Source: an uncultured Candidatus Saccharibacteria bacterium (GTDB taxonomy: Bacteria; Patescibacteriota; Minisyncoccia; Phycocordibacterales; CAYSCM01). Taken from it: a DNA stretch of 64,000 bases. Made by a program: the position numbers and the translations under genes. Positions 55,977 to 64,000 of the stretch are shown here, piece after piece; within the stretch, counting starts at the first letter, position 1, and every line of letters starts with the position of its first letter. The DNA lies in contig CAYSCM010000003.1 of the NCBI GenBank assembly GCA_964429815.1, positions 1 to 64,000 on the forward strand, given 5' to 3'. The notes under the pieces were generated by a model. That model had not been told where the DNA came from, did no database searches, and saw only the letters and a list, made by a program, of their open reading frames with translations.

Positions 55977-56348
55977 CTATTGAAGCCCGTTACAATGTGC
56001 CGCCGGCAGGTAGCCGGCTTTTCGGGCCTCCTGCGCCGATGGGAACGAGACCCTGTTTGACTCTGAAATGCCCTTAGCACCGGAACAATCCGGATAAAAG
56101 TAGCGTGTACCATTTTTGGAGGCAACCACGGCCCCACCTCCAAGTGCCGTTAAACCCTCCGCGGCGGCGGGCAACGTGCGTTCGTAATTCTCTGGATATG
56201 AAATAGAGAGGCTTGGTTTTCCCATTTCGAGAACGGATAGTCTGCCGAGGCAAAACGATGCGATACCCACGAGGACGATAAGGGTCGGTACTAAAAACTC
56301 TTTGAGGTGTAAACGCTTGAGTTTTTCCGCAACCTCAAGTATAGTCAT
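55977..56348 (-). CDS. membrane-anchored Ada-type zinc-binding domain protein
   Basis: One TM, then [37 protein letters not shown], matching the Ada_Zn_binding pattern (F..CRPSC....ENVSF....EA..AG.RPCK.C). Confidence 0.65.
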   Translation of the reverse strand: MTILEVAEKLKRLHLKEFLVPTLIVLVGIASFCLGRLSVLEMGKPSLSISYPENYERTLPAAAEGLTALGGGAVVASKNGTRYFYPDCSGAKGISESNRVSFPSAQEARKAGYLPAAHCNGLQ

Positions 56349-56640
56349 GGCTCAAGCATACACTGATATGGCAAGTAAAAAAGCGGGCGGGACAGCTAAA
56401 AATCTACGCGATTCGAAACCAAAATACCTTGGCGTGAAGCTCTATGAAGGGCAGCTCGCCCAGCCTGGGGCTGTTATTATTCGCCAGCGCGGGACCGAAT
56501 TTTCTCCTGGCAAGGGCGTCGGCATAGGAAAAGATCACACGCTGTATTCTCTGGTTGATGGTAAAGTTTCCTTCCGCACCAAGCGTAAAATATCCTTTAA
56601 CGGAAAGACAAAAAAGCAGAACGTAGTTGACGTTAAGTAG
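56347..56640 (+). CDS. rpmA: 50S ribosomal protein L27
   Basis: [15 protein letters not shown]...GVK..GGQ...G.IIVRQRGT.F.PG..VG.GKDHTLY. The first ATG adds 7 aa (MAQAYTD) before the canonical MASKK; the second ATG is at 56368. Confidence 0.9.
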   Translation: MAQAYTDMASKKAGGTAKNLRDSKPKYLGVKLYEGQLAQPGAVIIRQRGTEFSPGKGVGIGKDHTLYSLVDGKVSFRTKRKISFNGKTKKQNVVDVK

Positions 56641-56641
56641 C

Positions 56642-56676
56642 AAAAGAGACCCCGCAGGGGGTTTTTGCTTTTGCTA
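56642..56676 (+). terminator. rho-independent terminator
   Basis: AAAAGAGACCCCGCA-GGG-GGTTTTTGCTTTTG. Confidence 0.8.
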
Positions 56677-56896
56677 ATGGTAATTATTTTTTTATAGCAA
56701 ATGCATAATGCGAGGGGTTACTACTGCAGGAACTGATCAAGAATAGGTCTTGAACACTTCCTGCTTGCAGGAGGTGTCACATGACCAAGGAAAGCGGCTC
56801 TCGCTGCGCATATTGCTGAGGAAGCCATCGAAAGCAATAACCGCTACGGCGAATACCGCTAACCACTGGACCCCCGAAGCAATCACGGGGGTCTTC

Positions 56897-57340
56897 TTAT
56901 TTTGCTTCAATTAAAAGCTCAAATGAGACCTTGCCCTTCCCTGCCTCAACAACAACCGTCTGCTTCCCGACACTCTTTACCGGCTCGTCGAGCTTGATCA
57001 TGTTGGGAACTATATCCACGCGGAGTTCTTTTTTAAGCGTCTCCGCAATTTCCTTTTGGTGAATACCTTTGAAGAGGTGTCCCTTCTCGTTTGCCTGAAC
57101 GACTATGGTGACTGTTTTCCCTGAGAGAGCTTCTAAATTTTTATGTAAGATATTGAGATCCACCTCCTTCATTTCCGCAAGCTCTTTCTGCCTGATGAGG
57201 AGGTCCCTGACGCGCGACTCGGTCGCTTCCTGGGCTAGCCCCTTGGGTATGAGAAGGTTACGGGCATAGCCATCAGAAACGTTTTTGACGTCCCATTTCT
57301 TCCCTGCTCTGGGAACATCTTTAAGGAAAATGATTTTCAT
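56897..57340 (-). CDS. rplI: 50S ribosomal protein L9
   Basis: MKIIFLKDV..GKKWDVKNVSDGYARNLLIPKGLA N-domain, 147 aa. Confidence 0.95.
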   Translation of the reverse strand: MKIIFLKDVPRAGKKWDVKNVSDGYARNLLIPKGLAQEATESRVRDLLIRQKELAEMKEVDLNILHKNLEALSGKTVTIVVQANEKGHLFKGIHQKEIAETLKKELRVDIVPNMIKLDEPVKSVGKQTVVVEAGKGKVSFELLIEAK

Positions 57341-57341
57341 G

Positions 57342-58616
57342 TTATTGAGGAATCGGCGTTGGAAAATTTTGCACGCGGATCGTAAACGAAGATTTAAGTA
57401 TTCCGACCGCCTTTTCTAACTGCGGGTCCTTGCCGGCCTTAACGTCCGCGTCGGTTACCTTTATCTCGACGTCCGGTGAAAGACCACCGTTGCTGATGGA
57501 GCGGCCGTTGGGGGTAAGCCAGCGCGCGATGGTGACCTTGAGCGAAGCCTCCGGCGTGATGTCGACGAGCTCTTGGACTGAACCTTTGCCGAAGGTTCGA
57601 GTGCCGACCAGTGTCGCTCGGTGATATTCCTGCATGGCGCCGGCAAAAATTTCGGAAGCCGATGCCGAGCCCTGGTCGACGAGAAGAACCATTTTCAGGT
57701 TGTCGTTGAAGACCTGGTAGCCGCGGGTGCGATGGAGAAGCTCCTCCTTTCCAGGACCATAATTTTCTCGCACGACCACCTTGCCGGGCGGTAGGAAGAA
57801 GCTCGCTGCGTCGACGGCAGCTTCGAGGTAGCCGCCGGGGTTGCCTCGTAGGTCGATGACGAGCTTATCCGTATTGGCGGCGATGAACTCCCGTAAGGCG
57901 TTGCGGAAAAGTTGGGGCGAGTTAGCGGAAAATTGATAGAACCGGATGACAAAAATGCCATCGTCGCGCTTTTGCGTGTCGATAGTGGGGACTTGAATGA
58001 CGTCACGAGTGACGGTCACCTCGAAAGGCGCGCTCTTCCCTTCCCGAGCAAGGGTAAGTTTTACCGTGGTGCCTACCTCCCCGCGGATAAGGGAAACCGC
58101 TTTATCGACTGACATGCCCTCGGTGGTCGATGCACCTATGGCGAGGATGACGTCGCCCGACTTGATGCCGGCATGCTCCGCCGGGGAGCCTTTAAGCGGC
58201 GCGATGACCGTGATAGCGCCGTTTCGTTGTCCTATTTCCATGCCGGCCCCGCCGAAGGAACCGCTAATATTTTCCTGGAAAATCTTGTTTTCCTGGGGAG
58301 GAAGGAAGACGGTGTAGGGGTCGCCGAGCGACGAAGCAAGCCCCTCAATGGCCCCCCAGAGCATCTGCTGCTGCGATATCACCTTAGTGGTCGTCGCGGG
58401 CACGAACTTTTCGTTGAGGACGCCCCATGCCTTCCACAGTGGAGAGACATCGACCCCCGCGGGGACGTTGCCGCCGGAGCTGCTCAATACGGGGAGCGCC
58501 GACGCAGGTGCATTGTCGCGAATGACGTAGCCGATGGCAAAGAAAAGAGCGGCTATCACGATGTAGCCGACAATTCCCCGACTGCGCCCTTCCGGACGCG
58601 TGCTCTCCCCGTCCAT
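57342..58616 (-). CDS. ctpA: carboxy-terminal processing protease (peptidase S41)
   Basis: TM anchor, PDZ domain (GIKSGDVILAIG), catalytic Ser in DLRGNPGG...S/K dyad region (VLLVDQGSASASEIFAGA). Confidence 0.9.
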   Translation of the reverse strand: MDGESTRPEGRSRGIVGYIVIAALFFAIGYVIRDNAPASALPVLSSSGGNVPAGVDVSPLWKAWGVLNEKFVPATTTKVISQQQMLWGAIEGLASSLGDPYTVFLPPQENKIFQENISGSFGGAGMEIGQRNGAITVIAPLKGSPAEHAGIKSGDVILAIGASTTEGMSVDKAVSLIRGEVGTTVKLTLAREGKSAPFEVTVTRDVIQVPTIDTQKRDDGIFVIRFYQFSANSPQLFRNALREFIAANTDKLVIDLRGNPGGYLEAAVDAASFFLPPGKVVVRENYGPGKEELLHRTRGYQVFNDNLKMVLLVDQGSASASEIFAGAMQEYHRATLVGTRTFGKGSVQELVDITPEASLKVTIARWLTPNGRSISNGGLSPDVEIKVTDADVKAGKDPQLEKAVGILKSSFTIRVQNFPTPIPQ

Positions 58617-58717
58617 ACGAATCTAATTATCGCAAACCAAGACGTCCCCCGCAAATGCCGTTGCGGTTCCGTGATGCGCGCGCGAGTGTTAAACTTGCTA
58701 ACATCGCCTCTACTCGT

Positions 58718-60190
58718 ATGTGGCCATTTACGTCACGACAACGCCCACTGACCGCACCGCTTTTTTTGTTCAACACGCTCTCCGGCGAACTGGAGACTTT
58801 CGTGCCGCGCGGCAGGGTCGTAAAAATGTACAATTGCGGTCCCACCGTCTATGACTACCAGCACATCGGCAACATGCGCCCGTACGTTTTTGCCGATACG
58901 CTGCGGCGCGCTCTTGAGCTTAACGGCTACAAGGTAAAACAAGTCATAAACCTAACTGATGTAGGACATCTCACGGGCGAGAATGAGGGTAATCCGGACG
59001 TCGGTGAAGACAAAGTCGAAAAGAAAGCCCGCGAGGAAGGAGAGACCGTGGAGACCATCGTCTCTCGCGTCACCAAGGCTTATTACGAGGACCTCGACCG
59101 GCTCAACATCGATCGCCACAAGATCATTTTTGCTCGTGCAACCGACCATATCCGGGAGCAGATAGCCCTCGTCAAGACGCTAGAGGAAAAGGGCCATACC
59201 TACCAAATCGCGGATGGCATTTATTTCGATACCAGTAAATTCCGCAGTTATGGAAAGCTTGGCAACATTGATATCGAAGGACTTAAAGAGGGCGCCCGTG
59301 TCGAAAAAGTGCCGGGTAAGCGCCGTCCTACCGACTTTGCGCTCTGGAAGTTCTCTCCAAAAAAAGGGATCCGCCAGCAAGAATGGGGCTCGCCCTGGGG
59401 AGTCGGCTTTCCCGGGTGGCATCTCGAGTGCTCTGCCATTGCGATGAGCCTTCTCGGACAGCAGATCGACATACACACCGGCGGCATTGACCACATTCCC
59501 ATCCATCACAACAACGAGATAGCCGAAGCGGAGTGTGCGACCGGTAAGCAGTTTTCACGCTACTGGCTGCACAACGCGTTTATTACCGTCGAGGGAAAGA
59601 AGATCGCAAAATCCGTCGGCAATACCATTTATGTTCGCAACATCATTGACCGCGGGCTCTCTCCCCTTTCGTTGCGTCTCTGGTTCCTTGGCGGCCACTA
59701 CCGTTCTCCTATGAATTTCACCTGGGAGGCTCTCGAGGGCTCTCAGACGGCGCTAGTGCGGCTCCACCGGCACTTTGTCGAGGAACTTGGTGCGAAGGTT
59801 GGTTCGATAAGTAAGAAATACGGGGAGGAATTCCGTCTTGCTATCAATAACGATCTCGATACTCCTAAGGCGCTAGCCATCCTCTGGGAAGTGGTGAAGG
59901 ATGCATCTCTCTCTAAAGAAGACAAGCGCGCGACTCTCCTTTCTTTCGATAGAGCCTTGGGCCTTGGCCTGTCGGAGACGAATGAGAAGCTATTGGCCAT
60001 GCTTGCGGGCAAGGAACACCGGCTGGTTATTGCCGAAATCCCTGCCGACATAGTGGAGTTGAGTGCACGGCGGGAAAAGGCTCGAACTGCAGGCGATTTT
60101 GCGGAAGCAGACCGTATCCGAGCGGAAGCCGCGAGGCAGGGGTACCAGATCGAAGACACGCCTCTCGGCCCGCGGTTTAAGAAGATATAA
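58718..60190 (+). CDS. cysS: cysteinyl-tRNA synthetase
   Basis: Class I core: CGPTVYDYQHIGN (HIGH variant), zinc ligands C...CH..H (WHLECSAIA), KIAKS (KMSKS variant). Start probably MWPF (the track ORF opens at 58655). Confidence 0.9.
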   Translation: MWPFTSRQRPLTAPLFLFNTLSGELETFVPRGRVVKMYNCGPTVYDYQHIGNMRPYVFADTLRRALELNGYKVKQVINLTDVGHLTGENEGNPDVGEDKVEKKAREEGETVETIVSRVTKAYYEDLDRLNIDRHKIIFARATDHIREQIALVKTLEEKGHTYQIADGIYFDTSKFRSYGKLGNIDIEGLKEGARVEKVPGKRRPTDFALWKFSPKKGIRQQEWGSPWGVGFPGWHLECSAIAMSLLGQQIDIHTGGIDHIPIHHNNEIAEAECATGKQFSRYWLHNAFITVEGKKIAKSVGNTIYVRNIIDRGLSPLSLRLWFLGGHYRSPMNFTWEALEGSQTALVRLHRHFVEELGAKVGSISKKYGEEFRLAINNDLDTPKALAILWEVVKDASLSKEDKRATLLSFDRALGLGLSETNEKLLAMLAGKEHRLVIAEIPADIVELSARREKARTAGDFAEADRIRAEAARQGYQIEDTPLGPRFKKI

Positions 60191-60235
60191 CCCCTCTTCC
60201 ACAGGTTAAAAACACTTTACCCTCTTGCGGAATGA

Positions 60236-61663
60236 GTGCCTGTTTCTCCAGAGTGGTACACTTCCCGTATGGCTGCTAGAGGCAACCCCGCTGCACTGCG
60301 CATCCCACCGCAAAATCTTGAGTCCGAGAAAGCACTTCTCGGCTCCATCATGCTTCGCCCGGAGGGCATGCATGAGATCATCGACCTTGTTTCATCGGAA
60401 TCCTTCTATGCGGAGCGGCACCGTATCATCTTCCGCGCCATGTTTGAGCTCATGGGCGCGAGCTCTCCTATCGATCAGCTCTCCGTCTCAACACACCTCA
60501 CCGAGCGAAAACAACTCGAACAGGCCGGCGGCAAAAGTTATCTTCTCGAGCTCGTAAACTCCACTCCTTCCGCAAGTAATCTCAAGTACTACGCGCAAGT
60601 CGTGCATCGCAAAGCGATGATGCGGAATCTCCTGGAAGCCGCCGACTACATCAATGAGCTTGGCTACAATGAGGTTGAAGATCTCGAAGAACTACTCGAT
60701 AAGGCAGAGAAGAAAGTCTACGAGGTCACGAGCTCCCCGTCGTTCCATAAGTTTGTCTCGATTGCTGATACGCTTGGCGGCGCGTGGGAGCGTATTGAAA
60801 ATTTAAGCCACAACAAGGACGAGCTTCGTGGTATCAGAAGTGGTTATCGTGACCTCGACAATCTTTTAGCCGGCTTTCAAAAATCTGATCTTATTATTCT
60901 CGCCGCACGCCCAAGCATGGGAAAGACCGCCCTGGCTCTTGATATTGCCCGACAAACAGCAACCCTATATAAGAATCCCGTCGGTATCTTTTCCCTTGAA
61001 ATGAGCTCTCAGCAACTTGTCGACCGCATGCTTGCTGCAGAAGCCCGTGTCGATGCCTGGAAACTCCGCACCGGGAAACTTTCGACCGATGACGAGTTTA
61101 ATAAACTGCGCGACTCTCTCGATCGCCTCTCACAGGCCCCTATTTTTATCGACGATCAACCGGGGAGTAATATTCTCAAAATGCGTTCGGTAGCGCGTCG
61201 CATGAAGCGTGAACACGGCCTCGCCCTTCTCATAGTCGACTACCTGCAACTTATGGTCCCGACCGGTGCTCGAGCTTCGGATTCCCTTGTGCAGCAGGTC
61301 ACGGAAATTTCTCGCTCGCTCAAGACACTCGCCCGAGAGCTCGATGTACCGGTTCTTGCGCTCTCTCAGCTTTCGCGCGAAATCGAAAAGCGTCGTGGCA
61401 AACCCCGTCTCTCAGACCTTCGTGATTCAGGCTCCATCGAGCAGGACGCGGACGTGGTCATGTTTATTCATCGCGATGACAAAATGAACGAAAACTCCGA
61501 CCGTCCCAACATCGCTGAAATCCTTGTCGAAAAACACCGCAATGGTCCGACCGGCCGAATCGAGCTTTATTTCGACGAGAAGAAAACCACCTTCCTGCCG
61601 ATTGAGCGCTCCTCTTTAGCCGATTTTGAAACCGCCTCTCCCGGAGCTTCAGAGGACTTTTAG
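60236..61663 (+). CDS. dnaB: replicative DNA helicase DnaB
   Basis: N-terminal domain (PPQNLESEKALLGSIM), Walker A GARPSMGKT, RecA-like motifs H1a to H4 (SLEMS, IVDYLQL, LSQLSR). Probable start at the internal MAARGNP (about 60269). No intein. Confidence 0.95.
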   Translation: MPVSPEWYTSRMAARGNPAALRIPPQNLESEKALLGSIMLRPEGMHEIIDLVSSESFYAERHRIIFRAMFELMGASSPIDQLSVSTHLTERKQLEQAGGKSYLLELVNSTPSASNLKYYAQVVHRKAMMRNLLEAADYINELGYNEVEDLEELLDKAEKKVYEVTSSPSFHKFVSIADTLGGAWERIENLSHNKDELRGIRSGYRDLDNLLAGFQKSDLIILAARPSMGKTALALDIARQTATLYKNPVGIFSLEMSSQQLVDRMLAAEARVDAWKLRTGKLSTDDEFNKLRDSLDRLSQAPIFIDDQPGSNILKMRSVARRMKREHGLALLIVDYLQLMVPTGARASDSLVQQVTEISRSLKTLARELDVPVLALSQLSREIEKRRGKPRLSDLRDSGSIEQDADVVMFIHRDDKMNENSDRPNIAEILVEKHRNGPTGRIELYFDEKKTTFLPIERSSLADFETASPGASEDF

Positions 61664-61665
61664 AT

Positions 61666-62277
61666 ATGAATACCATCGCTAACCTTGCGGAACTTTTCCG
61701 CAAGTTCCCCGGAATAGGTCCGAGACAAGCGAAACGATTTGTTTATTTTTTGCTTACCCAAAGCGACTCATACCGACGCGAGCTTGCGGAGCATATCGTC
61801 AACCTTAAAAAAGAAGTTACCATCTGCCCCCGCTGCTTCCGCTATTTCACCAAGGTCGGCGCCACGACGCACTGCTCCGTTTGTACCAATGCGGGGCGGG
61901 ATCAGACTCTTCTCATGCTTGTCGAAAAGGATGTGGACCTCGAGAGTGTCGAGAAAAGCAAGCTCTATAGCGGCCTCTATTTCGTGCTTGGGGGTGTAGT
62001 CCCTATTCTCGAGAAAGAGCCGGAAAAACGTATTCGCATTCAAGAGCTCGAAAAACGCATCGCGAAGGAAGATGGCTCTATTAAGGAAATTATTTTTGCT
62101 CTCTCGGTGAACCCTGACGGAGACAATACCCACGACTACCTTGTTGAGCGCCTCACTCCCCTGTCCAAGGAATACGGGTTCAAACTCTCATCGCTTGGCC
62201 GTGGTCTCTCGACCGGTAGTGAGCTGGAATATTCTGACTCTGAGACAATAAAAAACGCCTTGCGGAATCGACAATGA
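61666..62277 (+). CDS. recR: recombination protein RecR
   Basis: HhH (FPGIGPRQAKRF), C4 zinc finger (CPRCFRY...CSVC), Toprim domain, 203 aa. Confidence 0.9.
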   Translation: MNTIANLAELFRKFPGIGPRQAKRFVYFLLTQSDSYRRELAEHIVNLKKEVTICPRCFRYFTKVGATTHCSVCTNAGRDQTLLMLVEKDVDLESVEKSKLYSGLYFVLGGVVPILEKEPEKRIRIQELEKRIAKEDGSIKEIIFALSVNPDGDNTHDYLVERLTPLSKEYGFKLSSLGRGLSTGSELEYSDSETIKNALRNRQ

Positions 62278-62570
62278 AGTTGAACATAGAATTTCTTGCT
62301 GACTCAGATGCATTTGACTACTCAAATGGCATATCGGAATACCGAGCTGCTTGTCGTGGAAAGAAGCGTACGAGTAGCGAAGAGAACCACAAACTTCTGT
62401 TTCTTGTTTTGTATGACTTGCTGACCCACCTCTATGGCACAGAAACCGCGGATCAAGCAGTCGCCACAGACAAGACGTATGGGGCCCAATATGTAAATGC
62501 CTGGGAATGGGCGCTTTCAATTTCGAAAGATGAGAGGAGAAAAAGATTTGACGAAATTCTAGCTAACTAA
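62274..62570 (+). CDS. hypothetical protein (AT-rich small ORF coupled to recR by ATGA overlap)
   Basis: 98 aa with GC clearly lower than neighbours and no motif. A bidirectional terminator follows. Confidence 0.45.
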   Translation: MKLNIEFLADSDAFDYSNGISEYRAACRGKKRTSSEENHKLLFLVLYDLLTHLYGTETADQAVATDKTYGAQYVNAWEWALSISKDERRKRFDEILAN

Positions 62571-62600
62571 AGCCTGCCATTCGGCGGGCTTTAGTTAGGA
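62570..62600. terminator. bidirectional terminator
   Basis: TAAAGCCTGCC-ATTC-GGCGGGCTTTAGTT between convergent ORFs. Confidence 0.7.
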
Positions 62601-62912
62601 GATTTTATCGATCTTTACTTCAAAGTAGGGCTGGCGGTGGCCGCGCTTCTTAAAGTATCGGCTCTTTGCCTTGTACTTGATGACGGTCACTTTCGGGGCT
62701 CGTGCGGCGCTTACCAGCTTCCCGGTTACCTTGGCACCAGAGACGTTAGGGTTGCCGATTTTGGCCTCATTGCCGCCTGCAACAAGGAGAACGTTCTCAA
62801 AGGTAAGGGTATCCCCCGCCTTGTGGTTTCCTTTCATCTTCTCGATCTTAAGGGTATCCCCCTCAGAAACGAGGTATTGCTTGCCGCCGGTTGCTATCAC
62901 TGCAAATTTCAT
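62595..62912 (-). CDS. rplU: 50S ribosomal protein L21
   Basis: MKFAVIATGGKQY.V.EGD.L.IEK...G....F..VLL...G......G.P.V.GAKV.......R..KV.V.KYK.K.RY.KK.GHRQ.YT.V.I..I, 105 aa. Confidence 0.9.
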   Translation of the reverse strand: MKFAVIATGGKQYLVSEGDTLKIEKMKGNHKAGDTLTFENVLLVAGGNEAKIGNPNVSGAKVTGKLVSAARAPKVTVIKYKAKSRYFKKRGHRQPYFEVKIDKIS

Positions 62913-63038
62913 AGATGCCCCATACTAGCCAAAATGGCTAATTTTGCAAGAAGCGGAGGCAGATAATTGAACAATTAACAAAGTATGGTATAGTTCGCGT
63001 AGGTGGTGGCAATATCTTTCTAAAGAAAGGAGTACCGA

Positions 63039-63410
63039 ATGCCAGCGCGAACACTAGAAGAACGGGTGGCTTCGCTGGAAAGCCGGGTGGGCGAACTTGA
63101 GGGACGCGATGAGTTCTTCATCTCTCAACTCCAAGGAATTCACCTGGAAGTTCAAGGTCTGCGTCAAGACTACGAGCTACGGACGAACATTCTTAGCGCG
63201 AGGATGAGGGGTGTTGAGGCTCGACTTAATCAAGTTGAAATCCGGCTCTCACAACTCCCGACACGTGACGAGTTTGAGCAACGACTCTCGCAACTTCCGA
63301 CACGTGATGAGTTCGAGCAACGACTCTCACAGCTCCCGACACGTGAGGAAATGACGCAAATCGTCCGGGATGCTCTGATAGCGAGACCCAAAAGGCCGAA
63401 AGCTCCGTAA
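63039..63410 (+). CDS. coiled-coil protein with tandem 13-aa repeats (hypothetical)
   Basis: Heptad-like N-terminus, then three tandem RLSQLPTRDEFEQ units. Terminator follows. Confidence 0.55.
   Translation: MPARTLEERVASLESRVGELEGRDEFFISQLQGIHLEVQGLRQDYELRTNILSARMRGVEARLNQVEIRLSQLPTRDEFEQRLSQLPTRDEFEQRLSQLPTREEMTQIVRDALIARPKRPKAP
63245..63355 (+). repeat. 39-nt tandem direct repeat (about 2.8 copies) inside the coiled-coil ORF
   Basis: CTCTCACAACTCCCGACACGTGACGAGTTTGAGCAACGA repeated with a few synonymous/third-position changes. Confidence 0.75.
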
Positions 63411-63417
63411 CGTTACC

Positions 63418-63456
63418 CTGTGAAGCTCCGCGATCGCGGAGCTTCTTCTTTTTTAG
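63418..63456 (+). terminator. rho-independent terminator
   Basis: GAAGCTCCGCGATCGCGGAGCTTCTTCTTTTTTAG. Confidence 0.8.
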
Positions 63457-63468
63457 TTATAGCTAGTC

Positions 63469-64000
63469 CTAGTCCCGCTCGTTAGGTTTCGCCAATTCTA
63501 ATGTCTCAAAACCCGCCGAAGCGCCAGCGATTTTGAGTACGTCCTTATCGATTTTCTTGAGCTCCTTTCCCGCTGCGTTGTAATGATTCACCGTCGTCGA
63601 AAGCGCATTTCCCACTTTTACATAATAGTCTTCGTAGGCCTTGAGATGCTTTCCCAAGTCCTCAACTTTTGTAATGATCTGTGAAGCCTTCTCTTCAATC
63701 TGCATCGCCTTAAGTCCCTGGAGCACCGTCTGCAGATACGCCAAGAACGACGTTGGAGAGACAATAATGACTCTCTTCTGCTGGAACGCATATTCGATAA
63801 GGTCACGTGTGTTTACTTTTACTGATCCGACCTGTGCCACAAGTAGGTCGTAATAGATAGCCTCATGCGGAATAAACATAAACGCAAAATCAAGCGTTCC
63901 CTCAGAGGGTTTTACGTACTTGCTTGTCTCATCAATACGGCTTTTCAGGTCAGCTTTAAAAGCCTTTTCAAGTCGCTCGCGTTCTACCGGATCCCGCTCT
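63469..64000 (-). CDS. rmuC: DNA recombination protein RmuC (C-terminal part; N-terminus beyond window)
   Basis: Conserved RmuC C-terminal region (DFAFMFIPHEAIYYDLL...VIIVSPTSFLAYLQTV). The ORF is open to the window edge. Confidence 0.75.
   Translation of the reverse strand, partial: ERDPVERERLEKAFKADLKSRIDETSKYVKPSEGTLDFAFMFIPHEAIYYDLLVAQVGSVKVNTRDLIEYAFQQKRVIIVSPTSFLAYLQTVLQGLKAMQIEEKASQIITKVEDLGKHLKAYEDYYVKVGNALSTTVNHYNAAGKELKKIDKDVLKIAGASAGFETLELAKPNERD

Noticed and set aside
60236-61663. Possible intein in dnaB
   Set aside because: Length (about 465 aa) and continuous Walker A to H4 motifs show no insertion.
1-64000. CRISPR arrays, IS elements, integrases, prophage genes
   Set aside because: No regularly spaced direct repeats of 25–40 nt, no transposase or integrase motifs (DDE, tyrosine recombinase R..HxxR..Y) and no phage structural genes were seen. 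The only tandem repeat is the in-frame 39-nt repeat at 63245–63355.

Overview
This ~64 kb window looks like a chromosomal segment from a streamlined bacterium using the standard genetic code (TGA is a stop codon). It is densely coding and mostly + strand. GC is about 57–58%, except for an AT-rich first ~800 bp and a few AT-rich small ORFs. Gene content points to a Patescibacteria/CPR-like lineage: a short AlaRS lacking the C-Ala domain, a DUF5667-like secreted protein, few Shine-Dalgarno sequences, a fragmented dcw cluster, and many orphan membrane proteins.

The window holds six aminoacyl-tRNA synthetases (leuS, alaS, trpS, aspS, gltX, cysS). It also holds the infA-rpmJ-rpsM-rpsK-rpsD-rpoA-rplQ block followed by rplM-rpsI, and grpE-dnaK-dnaJ. 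Also present are scpA/scpB, a PBP5-like carboxypeptidase with mraY-ftsW-murG, dnaB-recR, and the dispersed rpmA, rplI and rplU. Six tRNAs (three tRNA-Ala isoacceptors, two tRNA-Pro, one tRNA-Val) sit here, none encoding the 3' CCA. No CRISPR array, transposase or integrase was seen.

The most unusual items are these. A NUDIX hydrolase domain is inserted inside the editing (CP1) region of LeuRS. A minimal sigma-like protein consists of sigma-70 region 4 fused to a HARE-HTH domain. A ~460-nt ORF-free, GC-rich, terminator-capped region downstream of ychF is a candidate structured ncRNA. An ATP-cone domain fused to a PD-(D/E)XK nuclease sits beside a Cas4-like nuclease and an MGMT-like protein. 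The AT-rich NUDIX gene next to a tRNA at the window start is a compositional island. Coordinates derived by hand-counting (tRNAs, terminators, alternative starts) may be off by 1–3 nt.
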